A program made the translations under genes and the position numbers. The notes under the pieces are model-generated. The model made no database searches. It saw only the letters and a program-made list of their open reading frames with translations, and was not told the origin of the DNA. DNA of 64,000 nucleotides from Pseudomonadota bacterium (GTDB taxonomy: Bacteria > Bdellovibrionota_B > Oligoflexia > Oligoflexales > CAIYRB01), in assembly GCA_031416315.1 (NCBI GenBank), contig JANOTL010000188.1:1-64000 (forward strand), in the 5' to 3' direction. The number at the start of each line of letters is the position of its first letter. Position 1 is the stretch's first letter. Shown here in pieces: positions 1 through 9,938 of this stretch.

Positions 1-139
1 CGTAAGCTCCTGCCTCTAACGTCATGTCGCTATGGTCAGCCCTGTAAAGAAGGGGCTACCAGAGGGCAGACGGCGGAGCGAGGTGGCCTTGGCTAGGCGC
101 TTACGGAGCAAATCCTAGGTTCGGATGCTCTGGACGGTG

Positions 140-178
140 AAAGACCCAAGACAGGCGAACCTGACTTGGGTCTTTTTT
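140..178 (+). terminator. Intrinsic terminator, possibly bidirectional
   Basis: Hairpin AAAGACCCAAG-ACAGG-CGAA-CCTGA-CTTGGGTCTTT followed by a T-run. Confidence 0.75.
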
Positions 179-197
179 ACGTTCTGACTCGGAAAAC

Positions 198-224
198 TAC
201 ATCATCCCGCCCATGCCGCCCATG
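198..224. repeat. Distal att core (displaced groEL 3' end, MGGMGGMM followed by TAG)
   Basis: Exact match to 6974-7000. On the minus strand it ends in TAG (197-199). Confidence 0.93.
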
Positions 225-346
225 GCGAGTGATGTAAGTGCTGCTTTGGTATCCAGGAGTATGGAGTAGTCTTTACAGGTAGTTAAACCAATATCTGACG
301 GGCTGGTCCGAGTGCTCGATGGGTGTGGTTGGGTATCAAAAGGCAT

Positions 347-372
347 GGAAATCGTCATCGTGTCGTCATCGT
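347..372. repeat. Putative integrase arm-type binding sites (TCGTCATCGT x2)
   Basis: GGAAATCGTCATCGT (347-361) is identical to 6901-6915. A second TCGTCATCGT is at 363-372. Confidence 0.7.
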
Positions 373-508
373 CCTATTCGGCGTCAAGGGGCGCGCATCG
401 CGATCCAGCTCGCGAAGTCGGGAAGCGGGAGAGAGCTCACTCGGCGCCGGAGCCCCGCCGGCAGCACCCATCCTCTACGCTCCTACGTGGTGTAGATTGA
501 CTGCGCAG

Positions 509-1108
509 CTATCGTGCTTGGCCGCCGCCACGCTTTGAGCGTCTATTCGACTTGATACCGGTATTTCCGCCAGAGATCTCGTGCAGCTCCTCCATCACTT
601 CTTCGCACCATGCGAGCCACCCTTCTTCATAAGTGATGCCGTATCTGAGCGTGAATCGCTGAAACTTTCGATTGGTCTGAAGCTGACGGACGTCTTTGAA
701 GTATTGAGCCTCGACCTTGCGATATTCCACCAACGTCGCTTCGTGCTCTAATCTTTGGCGTTCGAGATCCGCTATAAGTTTCCGCGGATCGCTCAAATGA
801 CCAACGAATAGCTTTACGAGTAGTGGCTCTCTCGATGGTCCAGACTCGGTCGGCGACTCGATCCACCGGCGCAGCTCATCGCGTCCGGAACTGGTGATGG
901 AATATAGCTTCCGGTCGGGCTTTCCTTCCTGGGGTTCAACCTCCATGGAGACCCAGCCTTGTTGCCGAACCCGTTCGAGTTCGCGGTAGATCTGCTGATG
1001 AGTCGCGTTCCAAAAGAACCCGATCGAGCCTTGAAACCCTTTTGTGAGGTCGTAACCCGTCTTGGGCGAGTTCGCCAGGCCTGCGAGCACCGCATAACAT
1101 AGTGACAT
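509..1108 (-). CDS. PadR-family (AphA-like) transcriptional regulator
   Basis: Motifs LAGLANSPKTGYDL, FFWNATHQQIYREL and KPDRKLYSITSSGRDELRRW, plus a C-terminal helical dimerisation domain. Confidence 0.92.
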   Translation of the reverse strand: MSLCYAVLAGLANSPKTGYDLTKGFQGSIGFFWNATHQQIYRELERVRQQGWVSMEVEPQEGKPDRKLYSITSSGRDELRRWIESPTESGPSREPLLVKLFVGHLSDPRKLIADLERQRLEHEATLVEYRKVEAQYFKDVRQLQTNRKFQRFTLRYGITYEEGWLAWCEEVMEELHEISGGNTGIKSNRRSKRGGGQAR

Positions 1109-1155
1109 AATGTGTCTCTCGTTCCATTTTTGACCCCGATGACGGCACCGGCATT

Positions 1156-1210
1156 TATGAAACTAGTTGCATATGCCGAGGAGTCTTGCTATATGCAACT
1201 TAGTGCATAT
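1156..1210. promoter_or_regulatory. Two AphA/PadR-type operator palindromes overlapping a sigma70-like promoter
   Basis: TATGAAACTAGTTGCATA (1156-1173) and ATATGCAACTTAGTGCATAT (1191-1210) fit (A)TATGCA-N6-TGCATA(T). Promoter candidate TTGCAT-N17-TATATG at 1167-1195 on +. Confidence 0.75.
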
Positions 1211-1249
1211 GCGCGACCGAATCAACTCCAAGGTGGGACGAAGGTGACC

Positions 1250-2335
1250 ATGACGAGAACTACATTCCAGGTGGTGTGCGCGGTCTTTCTCCTCGGCGGA
1301 AGCGCCGTTCGATTGGTCGCCATCGAAGCAAGCGCGGTTGAGGCGCAAGCAGGGGCATCGCCGTTCGAAGAATTTGAGGCCATTCAGGCCTCCTACTTCC
1401 CGATGCTCGATCTACGAGTTTCCCGAGCACAGCGAGCTGCAATTCCGCAGTTCGCGGCGCGGATCTCGCTCATCGCCGATGATGTCCGGCGTCTGCAGAG
1501 CCAAGGTGCCATCCAAGATCAAAATCACCTCGCCATTGCCGGATTGGTTTTCATCTATGACGCACTCATGACGCTCAACAATACTTATGCTGCGCTCGAC
1601 GGAGTATTCGCCTTGGATGCGCTGACATCGGCCCGTCGCTTCGCAGATCAGGACGCAAGCGATCGCGACGAACTCATGGCGCGTTCCTTATATGCGCTTT
1701 CCGAGCTTGATGATGCTGCGATCTTGAGGCCGGATGACCGTCGGATCGATAGCTGGCGTGCCGCGATCAATACAAGCATCGAGAAGATCCAAACTGGAAG
1801 CGTCAGCGACGCGACGTTGGCTCAAGTTCTGGATACGATCGACGCGAGGCCGACCTTCAACCTTTGGACGGCTCTGCTTATGTTCCAGGGAAAAGATGCA
1901 TCAACGGCGCTATTGGGTCGCTTGGTCGACGCGGCCAAGTCGTTCGTCGACTCAACGAACGACGGAACCGATCCTTGCTCGGTACGCCCGCAAGACTGCC
2001 AAAATGGTCCGCACGCTCCGTATAACTTCCAATCGTCGGTCGTAGTCCTTGGCGACGCGTTCCTGCGCCGTGCGAATCACCTGCTGCAGGCCGGTGATGT
2101 CGCGGGCGCGATGCCGCTGGCGTTTTACGCTCAAGGAACTTACCGCGAGCTCCAAGCCCCATCGCATTTGCCGGATACACAGAATTGGCCAGATCGTGCG
2201 GCAATTAGCGTTCGGGACGCAGCCGTTGAAGGACTACTAAATGCGCAACCGTTCGATGATGCGACCTTGATTGAAGCTGATGCCTATCTCCGCGCTTACG
2301 AATGTTCCGCGTGCCACGGCCGTGCTGCGCAATAG
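1250..2335 (+). CDS. Secreted helical protein with a single C-terminal CxxCH (putative c-type heme) motif
   Basis: The likely start ATG 1250 gives signal peptide MTRTTFQVVCAVFLLGG. The protein ends YECSACHGRAAQ. The ORF-track start (1112) lies upstream of the operator/promoter. Confidence 0.7.
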   Translation: MTRTTFQVVCAVFLLGGSAVRLVAIEASAVEAQAGASPFEEFEAIQASYFPMLDLRVSRAQRAAIPQFAARISLIADDVRRLQSQGAIQDQNHLAIAGLVFIYDALMTLNNTYAALDGVFALDALTSARRFADQDASDRDELMARSLYALSELDDAAILRPDDRRIDSWRAAINTSIEKIQTGSVSDATLAQVLDTIDARPTFNLWTALLMFQGKDASTALLGRLVDAAKSFVDSTNDGTDPCSVRPQDCQNGPHAPYNFQSSVVVLGDAFLRRANHLLQAGDVAGAMPLAFYAQGTYRELQAPSHLPDTQNWPDRAAISVRDAAVEGLLNAQPFDDATLIEADAYLRAYECSACHGRAAQ

Positions 2336-2345
2336 AGGCGAGCAG

Positions 2346-2957
2346 GTGAAGAAGCTTCAGTCTTTCCTGGTTTGGCTTTTCCAAAACTTCGGTCCGTTGA
2401 TTGTCTTCCTGGTGACGAAGAGTGTGATGGGTCTCAAGCCGGCGATCTTGGCGACCCTCATTTGGTCCATCGCGGAGGTGATCTACCTTGTCGGTTGGAA
2501 GCGGGAGAAGCCCTCTCAGTTCTTTTGCTTTTCCGTTGGGACGACGCTTCTATTCGGCGCGATTGATCTGTATTCGGATAACCCATTTTTGTTCCGATAT
2601 GAGTCAGTCTTGACCAATGTTTTGACCGGACTCTACTTTGGCGCAACGATCTTCATCGGAAAGCCTTTAATTCAAGAGTTCGCGGAGAAGGCGAAGACCG
2701 ATGGAATCGAGCGACCTGGGGCAAAAACGTATCTTCGCTATCTGACCGTGGCGTGGTCCACTTACTTCTTTGTCAAGGCGGGGATCTATCTACATCTAGC
2801 GAATTCGAGCCTGAGCATCGAGGAAACTACGGCGATTCGCTCGGCCTTCGGGCCTATCAGCTTTGGCGTAATGCTTGGCGGTGAGCGCTTGCTGAGGCCG
2901 GCGATCATCAAGGCGCTGAAGGCTTTCAAGATGCTGCCGGCTCTCGATCAGTCGTGA
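2346..2957 (+). CDS. Multi-pass membrane protein, YciB/IspA- or VC0807-like
   Basis: NFGPLIVF start motif, about 6 hydrophobic segments, GKPLIQEFAE. GTG start 10 nt after the upstream stop. Confidence 0.7.
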   Translation: MKKLQSFLVWLFQNFGPLIVFLVTKSVMGLKPAILATLIWSIAEVIYLVGWKREKPSQFFCFSVGTTLLFGAIDLYSDNPFLFRYESVLTNVLTGLYFGATIFIGKPLIQEFAEKAKTDGIERPGAKTYLRYLTVAWSTYFFVKAGIYLHLANSSLSIEETTAIRSAFGPISFGVMLGGERLLRPAIIKALKAFKMLPALDQS

Positions 2958-3011
2958 TCATAGACCGAACGAGACCAAGGCTCGATCAGATCCCGAGCCA
3001 TTTTTGCAAAT

Positions 3012-3584
3012 TCATTTTTCGTCATATTTAAACGTCTCGTCGATAAAAGCGCGCAACGTCGACGCGAGTTCACGCGACGCTTTGAGCAGATCTCGCTCCT
3101 CAAAGCGGATGTTATCCTCGAATGCCTGGACCGCAGCTTCCAGTTCTTTCCGTCCAACCACCTGCGCAGCGATCAGGGCCTCGATGTCCTGAAAGTCTTT
3201 TCCTTCCTCCGGACGGTCGAGCATCGGGTAGATCTTCGAGAGCAGCAGCGTCTTGAACGATGGCGTGTAAAGCTTGAGCGCCTTGCCCTCGAAGACGAGC
3301 GTAGCGAAGATTTCTTCTCCCTTGCCGACGAATTCTTTGAAGTTACGCGATGCATGGTCATTGAACCACGTGGGCTCAAGGCTGCGCGCCTTGGCGAAGG
3401 TTGCGATTTCGGTCCGGACGTTGTCCGGAATCCGTTGCAATGAGTCAATGTCGCCTGTAGCCCGCTGGCCGTCGGCGACCAACATGATGGCGGCGCCACC
3501 GATGATCGAGGCGCTGTAGGAGATGCCTTTCTCCTTTAGGTGCCGATCGAAATCTTCAATGAGGCCAAGGTCGATGGGTTTCAA
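3012..3584 (-). CDS. Pol-beta-superfamily nucleotidyltransferase (DUF6036/AbiEii-like), putative toxin
   Basis: IIGGAAIML...RATGDID motif and C-terminal LLSK...KDFQDI. The TTG start overlaps the upstream stop. Confidence 0.75.
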   Translation of the reverse strand: MKPIDLGLIEDFDRHLKEKGISYSASIIGGAAIMLVADGQRATGDIDSLQRIPDNVRTEIATFAKARSLEPTWFNDHASRNFKEFVGKGEEIFATLVFEGKALKLYTPSFKTLLLSKIYPMLDRPEEGKDFQDIEALIAAQVVGRKELEAAVQAFEDNIRFEERDLLKASRELASTLRAFIDETFKYDEK

Positions 3585-4330
3585 CTGGCGCCTCCCTCCG
3601 CAGACAGCGGAAATCCGAGAGAACGATATCGCGCGACTTCGGCAACCAGCCGATGAGCGGGCTCGTAGCTTAGCATCAGTGTGTCGGATAGCTCGCTAGC
3701 GGTCATCGCAGGGAAATCGCGGAGGAGCAAGACCGCATCGCTGCGCCAGCCAGACCCGTGTAGGAGGCGGTGACGGAGCTGTTCGTTGCGAGTAAGCAGC
3801 ACGTCTTCGGAGAGAAGGTCGCTGGTCCGTGGCACGAATGCGGACTTCGGTACGCGGAAGCCTTCTTTGGCGGCTAGGTCGAGGTAGTAACCCTCCTTTT
3901 CAAGCTTCTGATCGACGAGTGCCGCGAGACGCGGCTCGGCGTAGAACGGAGCTGAAAGCGGCTCGGGTCGAAAGTTTTGAAACTTCTTTGGATCGGTTGC
4001 TCTAAGAGCATGCAAGGCCAGGCGAAGGGGAGGCTGCTCGCCAAGCGCTGCCTCGAGGGCGTGAGCCATCTTCAGGAGCTTCGCTGGGTGGAGTAGGTGG
4101 TGGCGAGCGCGGACCCAATGGAGGAGCACGGGAAGGAACCGTCCCAGGCGAAGTTCCCGGAGACCCACGAGGTAGGCAACGAGCACGACGGCGGCTTCGG
4201 TATCGAGTGGCGAGGCCGGCTGTGTCGACAGCGAGGAGAACCCGAGCGTCCCAGCCGCGCTGTCGAATAGCTCTAGAAGCTCTGCTCGCGTCTTTGTGTC
4301 TAGTGTTTTCAGGGCTTTGCGAAAACGCAT
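3581..4330 (-). CDS. Hypothetical protein with C-terminal HTH, putative antitoxin/regulator
   Basis: C-terminal MTASELSDTLMLSYEPAHRLV is HTH-like. 4-bp overlap with the NTase gene. Confidence 0.6.
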   Translation of the reverse strand: MRFRKALKTLDTKTRAELLELFDSAAGTLGFSSLSTQPASPLDTEAAVVLVAYLVGLRELRLGRFLPVLLHWVRARHHLLHPAKLLKMAHALEAALGEQPPLRLALHALRATDPKKFQNFRPEPLSAPFYAEPRLAALVDQKLEKEGYYLDLAAKEGFRVPKSAFVPRTSDLLSEDVLLTRNEQLRHRLLHGSGWRSDAVLLLRDFPAMTASELSDTLMLSYEPAHRLVAEVARYRSLGFPLSAEGGAS

Positions 4331-4589
4331 TGAATTACCCCATTGGTGTTACCAATACACCTATCGGTATATTAGCACAAAACTTTAGCTGCGGCGATGG
4401 CTGGCACGCGCGCACTCTCATGATATTATTTACTAATATCAGACAATTATCAGAATGATAAAATTTGTCTTGCAGTCGAGAGTCTCTACAGCTTGGCCGT
4501 TCGCGTCCGAGACGCCGCCTCTGCGCGTCGCTACGCATCGAGCTCTTGCGTGCCCCGTCGTCGGTACGAGCGGCCGTTGCCAGGCGTCG

Positions 4590-4660
4590 CGGGGGTCCGG
4601 GGGACGCAGTCAACCGGGTTGAAAACCGGCGGGTGATATCGCCTGCCTTGCTTGCCCAGC
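4590..4660. other. Putative origin of transfer (oriT)
   Basis: GC-rich stem-loops, then imperfect IR GGCGGGTGAT/ATCGCCTGCC (4628-4647) directly followed by TTGCTTGCCC, resembling MOB_P/pC221-type nic sites. Lies upstream of mobC. Confidence 0.45.
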
Positions 4661-4805
4661 CCCACAATCGACCTTTTCCGCTTCGCTCACTTTGCATCAC
4701 ATCACCTTCGTTCGTCATCAACAGCCACCACTTCGGGAGGATCAGTAGACATACAAAAAGTGTTCAACCCATCGGCAAAAGATCGAGCAAGTAGGAGGTC
4801 GTCGA

Positions 4806-5171
4806 ATGACACAAGAGAACACCGAAACAAGCGCAATTCACCGAGCATCATGCGTCAGGTTCAGGAGCGACGAGTACAAAAGGATCGAGGAGGACTCCAT
4901 CAACACCGGCCAGTCGATTCCAGCGCTCCTCAAGGAGAAGTATTTCAAAGCGCCCAGGCCGCTGCCGCTCATGTCGCAGGCGGACCTGAGTCGACATTTC
5001 GGCGAGCTGGGGCGCATCGGCAACAACCTGAACCAGCTCACGCGGCGCCTGAACAGTGGCATCCGCGAGGGCTTCGTTGAAGAGCTGCAAGAGATCCAGG
5101 TGCTTTTCGACCGGCTCTGGCGGTTCCTGTCGAGCACGTATTGCCGCTGCAACCGGAAGCAATGGAGATAG
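4806..5171 (+). CDS. mobC: MobC-type relaxosome accessory (ribbon-helix-helix) protein
   Basis: N-terminal CVRFRSDEYKRI (RHH-like) and the signature ELGRIGNNLNQLTR. Confidence 0.85.
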   Translation: MTQENTETSAIHRASCVRFRSDEYKRIEEDSINTGQSIPALLKEKYFKAPRPLPLMSQADLSRHFGELGRIGNNLNQLTRRLNSGIREGFVEELQEIQVLFDRLWRFLSSTYCRCNRKQWR

Positions 5172-5267
5172 TCACTAGATCCCCGCTGGCGAGTAAAGGC
5201 TCGCGGCGCAATTTGATTAGCCAGTCCCACCACCGCAAGGCGGACTTGGCTTCCATCGAGGTCTCGA

Positions 5268-5555
5268 ATGGAAACCAAGGGAGTCACTTTTCTCGGAGAA
5301 AGATGGTCTGCCGGCACGGTCATGGCCGGTGCTACACTCGCGGGCGGCAGCGCGCTCTTTGACAACCGAATATGCGATAGATACCTAACATCAGCGGAGC
5401 TGGCCGCGTTTCTCGGTTTGTCGGAACACACGATCCGAGCGTGGCGGAAGCTTCGCTACATCACACCCGCGACATTTGGACGGTCCGTCAGGTGGCTTCT
5501 CAAGAGTGTGCTTGGGGAGCTTGCCAAACGGAGGCAATCCAATGCGAAGTCGTGA
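5268..5555 (+). CDS. Excisionase/HTH_17-type DNA-binding protein
   Basis: YLTSAELAAFLGLSEHTIRAWRK...FGRSVRW, immediately upstream of the integrase. Confidence 0.8.
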   Translation: METKGVTFLGERWSAGTVMAGATLAGGSALFDNRICDRYLTSAELAAFLGLSEHTIRAWRKLRYITPATFGRSVRWLLKSVLGELAKRRQSNAKS

Positions 5556-6830
5556 TGGAAACGCGACGCACTATCAGACCAAGTACGGATACTGGCACGT
5601 ACGCTCTTTGGTGACGATGGTGTCGTTCGCAACAAGAACTGTAAAACGAGGACGGAGCGTGATGCGCTTCTCAGCGCGATCCGCCGGCGCGACGAGCTTG
5701 ACTACTGGTTTCCCGCGGAAGCGGGAGCTGCATCGGGCCGCGACGCCGGGACGTTCAAGGGGCTCGCGGAACGGTGGCTAGAACACTCGGCGAAGGTGCG
5801 CGAGGTCTCGGAGTCATGCCTAGGCAACTACCGATGCCATCTCAAGCACCATATCCTGCCGGTCATCGGCGACCTCTACCTCAAAGATCTTGACCTGAAG
5901 TCCATCGAAAAGGTTGCAGCGGTCATCAAGACCAAGCAACCGCAGACTCGCTCGTATAGAGCAGTCCGCCGGAACCGGATGGAAGACGAGTTCTTCGAGG
6001 ATGATGAGCTGCTCTCGGCGGCGTATCGCAGGGAGATCCTGACGGTGGCGTGTATGGTGACGAAGTTCGGCGCAGAGCGAAATCTGCTGACGGTCAACCC
6101 GTTCCGTCAGTTCGCTCTACCCGAATGCCCGGAGCAGCCATACGACTACTGGCGGCTGAATGAAGAGGACGCCTTCCTGCAGTGGCTAGAAGACGGCGGT
6201 CATGTGATCAAGTGGGTCACAAAGCCGCATAGCGTCAAGGCCGGCAAGCCGGAGAAGTTCGAGAAACGGTTTCGCACCCGCAACGTCGAAGAGCTGTACG
6301 ACGTCGTGCTCTTTGCCCTGCGCTCCGGGCTCAGGAAAGGTGAGATAGGTGCCCTGACGGCCAGTGACGTGAACTTTTCCAAGAACTGCCTCGTAGTCCG
6401 ACGGGCCTATAGCGAGAAGGAGAAACGCGTCAAGAAGACCACCAAGCGCGTCGCGCGGACGAAATCCGAGCAGTACCTGCTGTTCACCACGAAAACCTGG
6501 GCAATCAAGAATTTCTCGAAGTATTGCGTGAAGGCGGGTGTCCGCGAGATCCACTTCCATGCCTTGAGGCATACGTGTCTGACGAACCTTGCCAACGGCT
6601 ACGGCATGGACTCGCCGCTACCGCTGCCCCAGGTGCAGAAGATCGCCGGCCACAAGGACATCGCGACGACGATGCGCTATGTCCACGTCGACGGCATCGA
6701 GAACACCGGCTCGCGTCAGTGGTCGCGGGAGAAGCGCAAAGAGCTGCGCCAGCAGCTCCAAGTGCCACCACCCCCAGCCCAATCGGCGCTAGTCCGGCGC
6801 CTACGGCTCGTCGGTTCCGAGGGCACCTAA
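5542..6830 (+). pseudogene. Tyrosine integrase with an N-terminal frameshift (~5604) and probable internal deletion
   Basis: Catalytic R (SGLRKGE), K (TTK), HALRH, AGH and Y (TMRY) are present. GGAGG-ATG 5542 opens MRSRDG...WHVR, which continues as LFGDDG... only after a frame change. Confidence 0.75.
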
Positions 6831-6839
6831 GAGCAAGAA

Positions 6840-6869
6840 ACCCGAACCAGCAGTGTCGCTGGTTCGGGT
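6840..6869. terminator. Hairpin between convergent integrase and groEL
   Basis: Perfect 12-bp stem ACCCGAACCAGC/GCTGGTTCGGGT. Confidence 0.65.
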
Positions 6870-6900
6870 CCTTGTCTTCCTCTTTGATTTACGTCGATCC

Positions 6901-6928
6901 GGAAATCGTCATCGTAAATCGTCATTGT
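6901..6928. repeat. Putative integrase arm-type binding sites (AAATCGTCATYGT x2)
   Basis: GGAAATCGTCATCGT followed by AAATCGTCATTGT, 45 bp inside the proximal att core. Confidence 0.7.
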
Positions 6929-6972
6929 GGACTCTTCGGCGGCGCTAAGCCACCGAAGCCACAAGCAGAACC

Positions 6973-8655
<1,683 letters not shown>

Positions 8656-8666
8656 TTAACTACGAA

Positions 8667-8954
8667 TCAGAGCATCACGCCGAGAAGATCGTCTTCACGG
8701 AGGATGAGGTGCTCGGTGCCGTCGACTTTGACTTCCGAGCCCGAGTATTTGCTGAACAGGACGCGGTCGCCGACCTTCACGTCGGGCTTCGAGACCTTGC
8801 CGTCTCCGAGGACTTTGCCGGCGCCGACGGCGACGACTTCGCCCTCTTGCGGCTTTTCTTTGGCGTTGTCAGGGATGATGATGCCACCAGCGGTTTTCTC
8901 TTCGCTGGCAACGCGTTTGATCAGGATGCGGTCCTGCAGCGGCCGGATCTTCAT
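8667..8954 (-). CDS. groES: Co-chaperonin GroES
   Basis: [14 protein letters not shown]...[18 protein letters not shown]. Confidence 0.98.
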   Translation of the reverse strand: MKIRPLQDRILIKRVASEEKTAGGIIIPDNAKEKPQEGEVVAVGAGKVLGDGKVSKPDVKVGDRVLFSKYSGSEVKVDGTEHLILREDDLLGVML

Positions 8955-9044
8955 GCTCGAGCTCCCCGAATGAAATGGGAAAGATGAATCAATGCAGAGA
9001 CATACGTCCTAGCTTTGAATACTAGTCAAAACGAAAGCTTGGCC

Positions 9045-9072
9045 AATCTAATCACGCCCGGGGAATTGTCAA
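9045..9072 (-). promoter_or_regulatory. sigma70-type promoter of groES-groEL
   Basis: TTGACA-N16-TAGATT on the minus strand. Confidence 0.6.
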
Positions 9073-9090
9073 GGCGCGTTAGGGATGGCG

Positions 9091-9882
9091 TCAGAAAGCA
9101 GTCGTCTTGGCTTTGTCCAATCCCAGAGCTTCTCGGGTCGCGTACTCGGGCTCGTGGAAGAGCCGGGAGACTTCGCGGATCAGGTAGGTACGGGCGCGGA
9201 TCGCGGTCGAGCGCTGGTGGAAATCCACCTCGATCGGCGCGACGCTGCGGTCCTTCGGGATCAAAACCAATGACAGCGAAGGGTCGCCCTCGCCATGCGA
9301 GCGAGCAAGGCAGACCTTCTCGAGGTCATCCCATTTGAAGCCGAGCGAGCGCAGGCGCGTGCAGACCGCGATGCCACCGGCAGAGATCGACACGTGCCGA
9401 ATGGCCGTGAAGTAGGTCATGACGATGCTGATCCAAGGCAGGATCACCAGGACTGCAAAGAGGCAAAGCATGACGACGGGATCGGCCAGGATCTCGAACC
9501 GGACCGAGAGGCGCGACACCAAGAGGAAGGCCACGCAGCCGGCGAGGCCCAAAGCCGAGGTATTCACGAGGCTCCGAGGATAGGCCATGAAGCGCCGACC
9601 GCCACCGGGGATGTCGTCGGTAAAGTAGAAGTGCTCGCGGTCCTCAAGCTGCTTCCTCATGAGGTAGGTCGCCGCGTCGGTATCCTCACGGTCGACCGTC
9701 GCAATCTTGTCCCAGACCTTACTCTCTTCCGTGAACCGCCCCTCGTACTCGTAGAGGCGGGCACGGAGCTTCAAGGCCTCGGTATTGTTGGGCCCGAGCG
9801 CGAGGAGCTGGTCCAGGGCGCCGTGCGCCTCGTCGCTCTTGCCGGCTTCGACGATGGTGCGGATGTCTTTGACGTGGAGCAT
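9091..9882 (-). CDS. Hypothetical protein, N-terminal TPR plus two TM helices
   Basis: TPR-like ALDQLLALGPNNTEAL, two hydrophobic segments, backbone codon usage. Confidence 0.75.
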   Translation of the reverse strand: MLHVKDIRTIVEAGKSDEAHGALDQLLALGPNNTEALKLRARLYEYEGRFTEESKVWDKIATVDREDTDAATYLMRKQLEDREHFYFTDDIPGGGRRFMAYPRSLVNTSALGLAGCVAFLLVSRLSVRFEILADPVVMLCLFAVLVILPWISIVMTYFTAIRHVSISAGGIAVCTRLRSLGFKWDDLEKVCLARSHGEGDPSLSLVLIPKDRSVAPIEVDFHQRSTAIRARTYLIREVSRLFHEPEYATREALGLDKAKTTAF

Positions 9883-9938
9883 AGTGTCGGTATCGGCGCG
9901 GCTTTCCGGAAATGTTACGGCGCGCGAGCGGAGGGGCC

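Noticed and set aside
132..150. GGACGGTGAAAGACCC resembling a 23S rRNA motif
   Set aside because: The flanks do not match rRNA, and the sequence forms part of a terminator stem.
312..538. Short ORFs near the distal att
   Set aside because: They overlap the arm-site repeats and have no convincing SD or protein features.
1112..1249. ORF-track N-terminal extension of the CxxCH protein
   Set aside because: It overlaps the operator palindromes and promoter; a signal peptide starts at ATG 1250.
4335..4794. ORFs 4335-4721 (-) and 4465-4794 (+) in the island centre
   Set aside because: Arg-rich, motif-less translations across IR-rich promoter/oriT-like DNA; probably non-coding.
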